DNA of 63,166 bases, the filler included, from Perkinsus chesapeaki ATCC PRA-425 (Eukaryota > Protista > Perkinsozoa): the NCBI GenBank assembly GCA_013115145.1. It is 5 parts of 5 records of this genome, joined end to end, with 100 filler letters (N's around TTAATTAATTAA, not from the genome) between each part and the next. Parts side by side here need not be neighbours in the genome. Positions count along the whole stretch, not along the records: positions 1 to 28,729 come from JAAPAO010000465.1; positions 28,830 to 56,448 come from JAAPAO010000491.1; 3 more parts are not named here. One strand, written 5' to 3'. The translations under genes and the position numbers were made by a program. Positions 27,724 through 38,747 of this stretch are shown one piece after another. Every line of letters starts with the position of its first letter. The first letter of the stretch is position 1. Under the pieces are notes generated by a model, which worked only from the letters and a program-made list of their open reading frames with translations, had not been told where the DNA came from and searched no databases.

Positions 27724-28289
27724 TACAATAAAATGGAAGGGACAAAGGTCTGATTAACAGTAAGCGAGATGCCATACCATCCACCACGACGATTATTATC
27801 AAGACAAAACGTGCTCGGATCAATCTCGCTAGACAGCAGCTTGTGTCGAGCGGTTCAATCAACTACTAGCCTAGAGTCAGTTGTCTAGCTCGAACTACTA
27901 GACCTAGACGCGGAAAACGCACCCACAGGATTCATCATCTCAACGGTGTTGGGTATGTTCTCAAAAGCGTTTATTTAGAATTCATCCCATAGGAGGACGT
28001 TCTGGATTAGGTCTTGCCCCCTGCAGGCCCCGTCTAAGTCGTGTCATTAGTCGACACTGAATGTACCACCCAATACGCCACAACAAGAGACGTATGTAGT
28101 TTTAGTAGGAAACTTGACAATATTGATGATTATTATAACCCTGTCGGGGTTGAGTAACCGCGAGAATAATCACAACACTATCATCTGCAGTGTGCAGATT
28201 ACAGTATTAACGCTCACTAAGCGAGGAAAAATGAATGATGAACCTTGTGGATACGACGACAATGCGACGGGAGCACGTCGTCACAATAA

Positions 28290-28729
28290 TTAATGGTCAT
28301 GGTCATGATGGTCATGATTATCACTATGATCATGTACCTCTGCCCAGATAGGGAGGATGGCCATAACAGCGAATCCCGCGATAAACATGAGGGCCTACGA
28401 TTGGACATAGATAGAGTATAATGTGATGTGCGTAAGTTACCTTGATTAAGAATCTGTCGCGGTGTAGCTTGAAAACAATGGGCATGAACTCCATCGTGCT
28501 TACATAGATGAAGGTACCAGCTGCAAGGGAGTTGGCAATACCACCAAATATCCCTAAAATAAAGCGTATATAACATTATTAATAATAATACTACTTACCT
28601 GCGCTATCTTCACCAAGACTACCAAGCCAACCAATAATAATACCGATAGGTGTACTAAGAGAGAATATGCCACCGTAAAGGATTAATCGATATGTAGCAA
28701 CTTCAGCTTCAACCAGACTAGCACCAAGA
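28290..28729 (-). CDS. ZIP transporter C, 3' part only (5' end beyond the contig end)
   Basis: Near-identical to ZIP B over 28480-28729 including an intron; ends WAEVHDHSDNHDHHDHDH*. Confidence 0.85.
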
Positions 28730-28829
28730 NNNNNNNNNNNNNNNNNNNNNNNNNNNNNNNNNNNNNNNNNNNNTTAATTAATTAANNNNNNNNNNNNNNN
28801 NNNNNNNNNNNNNNNNNNNNNNNNNNNNN
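28730..28829. other. Artificial contig linker N44-TTAATTAATTAA-N44
   Basis: An identical 100-nt linker with six-frame stops also occurs at 56449, 57612 and 61858. Confidence 0.97.
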
Positions 28830-28927
28830 TTGTTGTACTGTATTTATGGCAACGCTTGTCCGTCTAACTGATCTGAGTTAAAATGGGTAAAAAGACGGCA
28901 CACTATTGACTTCTTATTCTTCTTGTT

Positions 28928-29602
28928 GGCCTCGGATCACCCCGTCACTAAATCGTCTCGGGTGGTACTAGGGCGGGGGGTCCCGACGGAGGCACTTTCC
29001 GGTCCCGGTGGAGGCAGTCGGTAAAAAGTGCGCATTATTGAGTATGAGAGGCGGGCCTTCGGCCCGCCGTATGTCGGAACACACGGGAGTCGACTGTTAG
29101 CATTCCTTCCTAACACATTCACCATAATCAAAAATTGTAGAAAACCCCTGGCTGCGGCTCGAACCTTGGACTACGCATGCGTTCAGATACTTGTGCATGC
29201 GTACGGGTTACGAAGTCGACGTTTCATGTTACTACTTGAATGTAGTAGTTATATGGTATAACTTGTGCATCTTGATTTACAGCTTGTGTTGAGCTCTATA
29301 ATACATCCGGGGCTGAACTATTGTTAGCCGCACATACACCACCACAGGGCTTATCACGAAAAATCTGTGACAAATTATATGATAGCTAAACTCACGATAA
29401 CAATGCACTGTAGTGCAAACTTTTAGTGTACGTCGCTTACAACAACTACTACTACTATGGGTACAACTAACTTCAACTAACTACAACTAACTACAGCTAA
29501 CTAGAACTACACTGGACAACAACAACAACAACAACGAGCGGAGTTTTTTTTATCTATTCTAGTACCACCCGAGACGATTTAGTGACGGGGTGATCCGAGG
29601 CC
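28928..29602. mobile_element. MITE-like element with perfect 44-bp terminal inverted repeats
   Basis: GGCCTCGGATCACCCCGTCACTAAATCGTCTCGGGTGGTACTAG (28928-28971) and its exact reverse complement (29559-29602); GC-richer than the flank; no TSD recognised. Confidence 0.8.
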
Positions 29603-29709
29603 CTAAGGTTGTAGTACTAGTTACTCATAATAATAGGATATGGTTGGGAAGACGAGAGTGCAGCCGCGCGTAGTACTTTGTTGATGATGTTGTAGTTGGC
29701 AGGCTTATT

Positions 29710-30533
29710 ATGTCATTATTTAAAGATGACGATGTTAAGGAAGAGGTTAGTGGTATATCAGCATGGTATTTACCAGATAATGATAGTATTATTGATCATT
29801 ATTATCATTGATAGTAATATCATTAGATATAGTTAAAGCTAATCCTGGTTTATCACATGAAACTAATAATAAAGTAACAGTTGAATATTTAAATAATTTA
29901 GGGGTAATAATAATATTCATAATATATAATATTATATATAAAAGATATTAACAACTAATATTGATATTAATAATTGGGACAATGATAATAAATTAAGTAA
30001 TATAAGGAAGACTAGAGGGTAGTAGTAATAATAAATGTATATAATCTACTATAATATTATTAATAGGTATCATAATTATGATCAAGTTGATTGTAGTGAT
30101 TTATCTCATGAAATTCAAGATAAATTCTTTACAGAACATTTACATATTGATGAAGAAATAAGACTTATATTAAATGGAAAAGGGTAATAAGCTGCTTATC
30201 ATAATAATATTTATAAAGTTATTACTATATAGTTATTTTGATATAAGAGATAATAATGATAAATGGATAAGGATTAGTGTTACTAGTGGTGTATTAGTTG
30301 TAAGTGTAATATTGTATATTACTAATATAGTATATTACTAATAGATATTCCCAGCTGGTATATGGCATAGATTTGCTGTATCTAAGGATGATAATAATAA
30401 TCTTAAAGCTATTAGATTATTTACTACTGAACCTAAATGGACAGCTTATAATAGACATGATAAAAAAATATTGGATGATAATAATGTTGTCAAAAGTATA
30501 TATAATGATTATATTAACAAATATCATCATTAA
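29710..30533 (+). CDS. ADI1: Acireductone dioxygenase (methionine salvage), AT-rich, multi-exon
   Basis: SAWYLPD...[27 protein letters not shown]...IPAGIWHRF...[16 protein letters not shown]; cupin H-x-H/E/H metal ligands intact. Confidence 0.9.
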
Positions 30534-30724
30534 CTAGTACTACTTTCTTATTATTATTTATATTGTTTATTGTCGTTGTTAATTGTATTTATGGTATACA
30601 ATAAAAGGAATAGGTAATAGATGATGATGATGACAAGGCAACACGTCGTTATTCATCAACATCATTTTTACTATAAACCTACTACGACCATCCCTCTTGT
30701 ACATGTTATTATTAATATCTGTCA

Positions 30725-31393
30725 TGACTACTAAATCATCATCATCATGTTCATCATGTAGTGAATATACAGCTAATAGTTATTATTGGATAACACCAAG
30801 AACAACAACATCAACATCATTAAGAAATAAGGGAATAATAACACCATATAAAGATTATGCATTTGCTGAAGCATGTAAAGCAGTAGCAGCAGAAGTGGGG
30901 ATAACAAATGAGAAGATAGGGGTTGATAATAATAATTATAATATAACTACTAAAGAGATCTTCTCAGCAGTTAGAAATGGTAGTAATACTGGTATTGTTT
31001 ATAATAATATTATTTATAGGTCATCATGATATAATAAAATATTATTTATCAAATGGTTATTATAATGTTAATGAATGTGATAATATACATAATAATACAT
31101 TATTTATAGTAGCATGTCAAAATAGATGTAAAAATGTTATTAAATTATGTATTAAATATGGTGCTAATATAAATGCTAAAAATGTAATATACTGTATATA
31201 TTATTATTAATAATATTATCATTAGATTCATGGTAATACTGGTTTACATTATTTATTTAGTTATCGTTATTATGATATAGCTAATTATTTAATAATTAAT
31301 AAAGGTGCTAATATTAATATAATAAATAATCAAGGTAAAACATGTAAAGATATGATATTACCTAACACCATTGCTACCACCACCACCACCTAA
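30725..31393 (+). CDS. Ankyrin-repeat protein, AT-rich, multi-exon
   Basis: IFSAVRNGHHDII...NNTLFIVACQNRCKNVIKLCIKYGANINAKN...HGNTGLHYLF...KGANINIINNQGKT. Confidence 0.85.
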
Positions 31394-31700
31394 TAATAAT
31401 AATAATATTATTGACTTGTTTAGTAATAATACATNNNNNNNNNNNNNNNNNNNNNNNNNNNNNNNNNNNNNNNNNNNNNNNNNNNNNNNNNNNNNNNNNN
31501 NNNNNNNNNNNNNNNNNNNNNNNNNNNNNNNAATTATATACATTTAATAATAATAATATTATTGACTTGTTTAGTAATAATACATTATATACATTTAATA
31601 ATAATAATATTATTGACTTGTTTAGTAATAATACATTATATACATTTAATAATAATATTATTGACTTGTTTAGTAATAATACATTATATACAATAATTAA
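31394..31700 (+). repeat. 51-bp AT-rich minisatellite spanning an N gap
   Basis: Units ATTATATACATTTAATAATAATAATATTATTGACTTGTTTAGTAATAATAC; one unit lacks one AAT. Confidence 0.9.
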
Positions 31701-31874
31701 TATATCAATAATTACATTATTAATAATAATATTGACTTAATTAAGTTTATAAATAATATTTTATTAGCGAATATCTAACCTGTTGTGTTGTTGTTGTTGT
31801 TATAATGTTAAGTATGTTGTAGTCGCAGTCATCATCATCATCATCGTTATCAATCTTACCCCTCTTACTTTTTA

Positions 31875-33189
31875 ATGGATTGTTTTGATAATCCTTTTGC
31901 TGATTTGGAATATGATTTGGAATATGAAAATGATACTATGAGACAGTTAAAATTATCACATAATAAGGAGAAGGAGGCTGATAAGGAGGAGGAGGAGGAG
32001 GAGGCTGATAAGGAGGAGGAGGAGGCTGATAAGGAGGAGGAGGAGGCTGATAAGGAGGAGGAGAAGGAGGCTGATAAGGAGGAGGAGGAGGCTGATAAGG
32101 AGGAAGAGGAGGAGGCTGATAAGGGGTATAATAATAATGGCAAGGTAATACGTAGTAGTATTAATAATAAGGTAGTAGTACTATCATAAATGGTAAGGTG
32201 TCATTATTATTATCATCAATTAATTTGGAGGATCTTGAAAATGATGCAATGAAAGATGAAAATATAAGAATACAAGGTAGAGAAAGGTATAATAATATAA
32301 TAAATAATACTAAATATAATAATATGTTATTATGGACTGATAAGTAATAATAATATCAATTGCATGAGCAATCGCTGCTGGTGCTACTGCTATTATTGTT
32401 GTTGTTGTTATATTAATAGATATTCACCTAAACGATATACCGATCTTATTACTGATGAAAAGGTTAATAGAACGGTATTAGAATGGCTTTATAAATGGAA
32501 GAATGATATAGTAATAATAATACTATATAAAGTAGTATAATAACAACTATTGTTATAGTAGATAATACAAAAAGAAGAAAAGGGGAATAGTGCGGGCAGT
32601 AGACGACGACGAGGAAGAAGAAGAGAAGGAGGAGGAGTAGGAGGAGGAGGAGTAGATGATGATAATAATAATGATGTACTAGAACATAAAGTCGTTATAT
32701 TATAATTATTATTAATTAGTAGTTATTATAGGTATTATTAATTAGGTATTATTGATTGGTGCTTGTGGTAAAAATAATGGTGCTTGTGGTAAATCATCAT
32801 TAATAAGAGTATGTGCTGAACAAGCAGGTTTTAAGATAATAGAATATGATGTAATAATAATAATAAATATTTAGATATATGATGATCATTATTATTAGAG
32901 TAATAATATTGGTGATGATAATAATAATGTTAAAAGATTTATTGAAGATGTTACTAGAACTAATGAAACTTGGGATCATAATAATAATAATAAACCACAA
33001 TTATTATTATTTGATAATGTAGTTAATTCGTTATTAATAATATGATTAACTATATAAACTAGTTAACATCATCATCAGCAACAACAAGAGATTCATTATC
33101 AAATAAAATTATTGATAATATAGTTAATATTATATCATCATATAATAATGATAATAGTGGGACGATGAAATGTATTAAACGTCCAGTAA

Positions 33190-33220
<31 letters not shown>

Positions 33221-36157
33221 TTTTGTTGTTTTTGTTTTTGTTGAGGATGATTATTGGTTGGTATTAGTATATTTATTATTATTATGTTATCAGATTGTAT
33301 GCATATGTGATTGTGATATATGGGATATTAGGACTAAATTAAGATTAATATCCAAAGGTATAAATATACCACCAATAAATAAAACTAAACTAATAGTAAT
33401 AATAATAATAATAGTATTATTATTATCATATTATTTATGTTTAATATGTTAGAATAGACTTCATTATATATTTAAAAGAGAGGTTAATGAACTAGTAGTA
33501 GATAATAATAATAATAAATTAATGATAGAAAATAAAGGTTTATCAAAAATAATAGATCTATCAGAATGTGATATAAGATTATCAATAAATCATTTACAAA
33601 CAATAACAAAAACAAAAATAAGAGAAATAATGATGTCGATGGGTGATGGTTTAATGATAAGAGAGTGGTAATATAATAATATTAATAATAATAATAAAGT
33701 CAGTGATGATACTGTTAATAATTATTATCATACTATGTTATTAGTGTTGACAATAATAACAATGACAACAGAAATAAATGCAATAAGATAAATTATATAA
33801 CAATTGATGATATTAATAAAAATAGTATAATAAGAGTGGATGATAGTAATGGTAATATGATAATAAATGTGATAATAATATTATTATTATAATATTATAG
33901 GTTACAATATGTTATTAAAAGATAATGCTGGTAATGGTCTTATTAAAGAGTTTGAAAATGATGTATTAAACTATATATTCAATAACAAGAATAACGACGA
34001 TGACAACGACGACGTCAAGAAGAATGATTATAGTAATAATAATTAGAATAACAATGTTAGATTAATGATGTTAAGATAATATAATAATGAAATATAGTAA
34101 TAATAAGGATATACAAGATCATCATAAAGAGCAATTGATGGATTTATTAAATGATTATTTATTGTCTATACCATTATATGATTTATATAAGCTTAATAAG
34201 CTTACTGGTAGTAATAGTAATGATAAGTATTATTATCATATTTAATATTATTAGATATTCTAAATATAATATCATTATCAATTAAAATAACAAGGCCAGA
34301 ACTAGGCATAACCAGTAGCACTATACCCATTATATTGTAGTATTATTATTGGTAGTAGTAGTATCTTATGTAGTACTATTGTAGATATATAAAAGAATAT
34401 TATAATGCATCTAACAGCAATAATCTAGTATCCTCATCATCATCAGCATTAGAATATAATAATATAAATAAGATGACTAAACATGATATAATAACAAAAC
34501 TAACTGATGTACCATTGAGGTAGTATTATTATTATTTTATGTTTATATTGTTGGTATAGTCATGATGAGGATGAAAAAGTGCAACTCTTTTTGTTGTTGT
34601 TGTTATTTTAGAGAATCTAAGAATATAATGAATGATTTAAAACATAATATTACAACAGTAGATGGGGTAATAATAACAATGATAATAATAATAATACTTA
34701 ATTATTAATGATGGTAGAGTAATGAATGGACTATTATTAGGGTAGGAAGATGTCTCATTCTTCAATATTTCGTACATCATTATTACCACTTATTTATCAA
34801 ACAATGACACCTATTAATAAACAACAAGAAGAAGAAGAATCTCATATGAGTAATGTTGATGATAATGTAATATCATTAATAACATCATTCATATACAATA
34901 TTGAATATATTATTACCATCATCGTCATCAGCAGGAATTATCACAATTAACGGAACGATTCCTTCATTTTGGTATCAAATATTCATTACATGATAATATA
35001 CCCTCAAATAATGATAATACTACTGCTGCTTCATCAATGACGAATAAGAAACACATATGCTTCACAACAGCAAGAAGAACAGCAGCGATGGGGTAATAAT
35101 ATTTTAACACTTAATACCGTATTATTATTCAACTATAAAGGGTGTCCCATAACTTTTCATCCAATTTTGAATAAGAGTTTCTCACCAACCAAGAAGTATT
35201 TGATAATGAAATTTCGAAGGTATATTCGGAGGTGTTTCAGAATTATACTGACGGAGTTTCGCAGCAATACTCGACCTCTGGCCTAAACACGAGCTCTGCG
35301 CGTGAAAATTTCCCGGGAGGTCAAAAACTCGTGAATTTTGACCCATTTTTTTCATCGCGATCGTTTAGTACCCAACCTTCGAAATTTCATTATCAAATAC
35401 TTCTTGGTTGGTGAGAAACTCTTATTCAAAATTGGATGAAAAGTTATTGGACACCCTTTATTTAATTATTATTATTATAGGTCGCCATTATATTGTTATT
35501 ATTATGTGATGGATCCTGATATATCACATCTTATTTATTTATCAAATACATCATCATCATCAAATAAGGGAACAATACGAGATTATAATAAAAATGACGA
35601 GTCTATCATGCTTCATATTAATGATTCAGTAATAATAATAATTATGATATTTGATACTCATTACTATACTACGGTTACCGTTCTAGGTTAATAAGTTAAT
35701 ACGGTCAAATGGTAAATATAATGATCCTTTAATAACATACATTGAACCAAATGATGCAGTAAAAGGAAGGAAACGTAAAAGCTGTATTTCATCCTCCTCA
35801 TTTCAAGGAGATGAGATTATTAGTGATAAGAATGATAAGATTGATGAAACCAAAGTTGAATACGATGATGATGATGCATTAATAATTGTTAATGATGGAC
35901 CATCTAATAAACGTAGCAGAATTGATATTAGGGGATGGTTAGATGGTGTTAAGGAATATGATAACAGAATCAATAATGTAACATCACCAAAAGAAGGAAT
36001 TAATAAAGTTACTATTAATATTGATGATATTAATGGAATAAAGAGTAAGCCGACTTTTGAATTCAATTTCAATGAAGGACATACTAATGCTGTAAAGACG
36101 ATGGTGTATGTTAAAGATTTACTATATTATAACAACTTATTTAAAATGCATGAATAA
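31875..36157 (+). CDS. CTF18: Chromosome transmission fidelity protein 18 (alternative RFC clamp-loader subunit), AT-rich, multi-exon
   Basis: LLWTDK|YSPKRYTDLITDEKVNRTVLEWLYKW, a degenerate P-loop region, CDCDIWDIR, and C-terminal FNFNEGHTNAVKT; N-terminal EEEEADK repeats. Confidence 0.85.
35138..35458. mobile_element. Tc1/mariner-type MITE in a CTF18 intron
   Basis: 83-bp TIRs (35138-35220, 35376-35458; one mismatch) starting AAGGGTGTCC and flanked by a TA duplication. Confidence 0.9.
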
Positions 36158-36330
36158 TAATAATTCTTATATTGTTGAGTTTTACTTGTTAATAATAACA
36201 CTGCTGCATACTATTTAATAAAAAGATTGAGTTTTGTTGTATATGTTCATAAAACGATCATTATAACTTATATTCTTATACTGTGATTAATTGGCATAGT
36301 AAACGATAATGATTAAAAATATTTACAAAT

Positions 36331-36600
36331 CTATGGTGTTGTATGACTTGAATTAGTTGTGATACTACCACTACTACCAGGATAACATTTTATAATAGAG
36401 GATCCATGACAAATAGGATATGGTAAAGAATGATTTAAATTATAATATGCTCCATTATCTCTGGGTGCATATCTATTACAAGTTCTAATTTGCAACTTGC
36501 CGCTTCTTTTCCGAGTCCCTCCCAAATGAGTTGTCAACACAATTCTGCCTCCCTTGGCGATCAAATCCGATCATGCTTCTACCGAGTGTTAGTCTGTATA
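36331..36600 (-). pseudogene. 3' fragment of a sister YR retroelement
   Basis: 36520-36590 is a diverged copy of 36985-37055; both read ...GRSM.GF(M)IAKGGRI.LT.HLGG. Confidence 0.55.
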
Positions 36601-37154
36601 AACTGTCAACTTTTGTGACCATTCTCTGCCAGATTTGCGACCCTGTGCCCCAAACTCAGAGAATTTCGTTCTTATAGGGCATTAAATATACCACTCAAGT
36701 TTCAGCATCTAAAAACTTACTGGTTATTCAGAACTGAGAAATCGGCACGGAAAAGTTGCCAAATTAACTTAGAATATTGTCGCTTGTCCCTCGTTCATAT
36801 GGACGAACACAAGACGAGAAGGAAGTCTACAAAGGCTTCTCCTTACTTGGCTTACTTTCGCAGGGGGGATTAGCTGTGCACGCATGTATAATGGAGCGGG
36901 CGGCGCACAATGGATAACATTTTCCCCTCCGAATAGAGAAATAACTCAGATTACAACTGGTTCTGCTCTATTCCGGGATCCCACCCAAATGAATTGTTAA
37001 CTCAATTCTCCCTCCCTTGGCGATCATAAATCCGGTCATGCTCCTACCGAGCGTAATCTCTCAAGATAGTAATGACTCTTGCCCAACTTGGACTTTCCAC
37101 AACTCATGAACGCTCGGTGGGATCTCCTCCCAAGCAGCATGACCCGGGTTTTGA

Positions 37155-38333
37155 TCACCAGGCGGAGTAGCTTTGTGGGTGTAGGAGCCATCCATCTCTG
37201 TCGTCAACTTCTCCCGACGCCCTCACCGCTTTCGTGTTCTCCTTCCGGTCCCCTCTATTGCCGGGGTCCCTTTCGACCTCGGGTTTCTGCTCCCCTCCAT
37301 ACTTGCTTATCTCCCTTCTGCTATTAATCTGTCGGCCTCCATTGTGGGTGTCGCCGAGTTTGCCCGTCACTCTCTGTGTATAGCTCTTGGAGTCTGCTAT
37401 GTAGCTCTCTCTAGCGTACCTGTCTATTACATTCGAGCGCCATCTTCCAAATACCTTTGTGCTCTCGGTTGACACCCCTGCTTCAATGTGACCTTGTGTT
37501 CCTCCCACTCGGAAACTATGCAAGGAGTATTGCTCTGCCTCCTGTATGCCGCTATTTCTTAGATCCGCCTTCAATGTTTCTCTTAAGCTTCCTTGGTCCC
37601 ATGGTTGACCGTCATTATTCACAAAGAGTAAATCGTTCTCTTCGGCTCCCTGGCCCGCTCGATACTCTAATAACTGCATCATGGCGTGTACCGGGCAGTA
37701 CCCTTCAATCTCCTCTTTACACGCACATTGTTGGGATCTCTGACATCCCTGACCTTTCTGGTCGTTCTTCGTTACCTCAAACTTTACTGTGGCCACCGCA
37801 CCGCTTAGTGCCACCTGACCGATTTTCAACTCAATTAGCTCACCACCTCTCAGCATGAACCGCCACGCTATTGTATACGCTGCCGATCTCACTTTCTCCC
37901 GTATTTTTCCCTTCCGCAAATATACTGTTAGTTTCCTTAATGTCTCCAGTGTCAGAGGTTCTGCACCTTCATCTGGGCCAATGCCTCTCACACATGCCCG
38001 TTTTATCCTCCGCAAGTTACTCTTCTCCACTGCAGTGAACTCCACCCCCATCATCTCCGCTTTCGCTGTTACCGCATCAATGTAGACACACACCGATCTA
38101 TACTCTGCTTTCCTTAATGCGGCTGCCATTAACTCGATCTTCTTCATCTAAATTGGGTACGGATCCTCTCCCGCTCTGATCATCATCCGCTCAAACGTGT
38201 TCAGCCTTACCTTCATCGATTTTGCAGTACTGGTAGCGTAAAACTTACCCCTCAATTCATCCACAGCTGTCTCTCTTCCACTTGCCGTAGCAATTATCAT
38301 GTCGGCCTTCCGTTGCTTCTCGCGATAACTCAT
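37155..38333 (-). CDS. Tyrosine recombinase of the retroelement (in-frame TAG at 38148-38150)
   Basis: FMLRGGE (R), KND (K), HSFRVGG (H-x-x-R), GRWRS (W) and DRYAR (Y) catalytic set; the upstream 61-aa ORF is in frame across one TAG. Confidence 0.9.
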
Positions 38334-38747
38334 AACTGGACGAGGGGGCTTTGCTGGCCTCCGGACAATTGGTTAGAAAACAACTAACTAAAACAACTAA
38401 CGAAGTCTGCTGAGTTAAGGTGTTAACCAAACTGAAGTACGAAACATAGGACTTGAAAAGGACCCGCCCCCCACCCCAACCACTGGGAGAGGGCACTCAG
38501 CCCGCCTAACAGTGCGGGTGTCAAGTCCACTTATCCTGTTGCCTCTTCTAATTGGCACACTTAGCGCGAACTAACTTAAGATACTTCAACCCTAGGCATA
38601 GGTGAAAGAACATTAGCTCAGTCCAACTCGGAGCTTAAGCTATTAACTATGGCCAACTCGACCCTTGTATCTATAAACTGAAAGTAGACTGTAGCCTCTA
38701 GTATGCAACTTCCCTATCAGAGGCTAATAAGAACAATGCTCGCCACC

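Noticed and set aside
28730-28829. Recurrent TTAATTAATTAA palindrome inside N runs (four copies)
   Set aside because: Artificial six-frame-stop linker; adjacency across it is not biological evidence.
36520-37055. Direct repeat read as the split direct repeats or LTR of the YR element
   Set aside because: Differences are mostly synonymous in one frame, and the intervening sequence has no match at the element's 5' end; better explained as a sister-element fragment.
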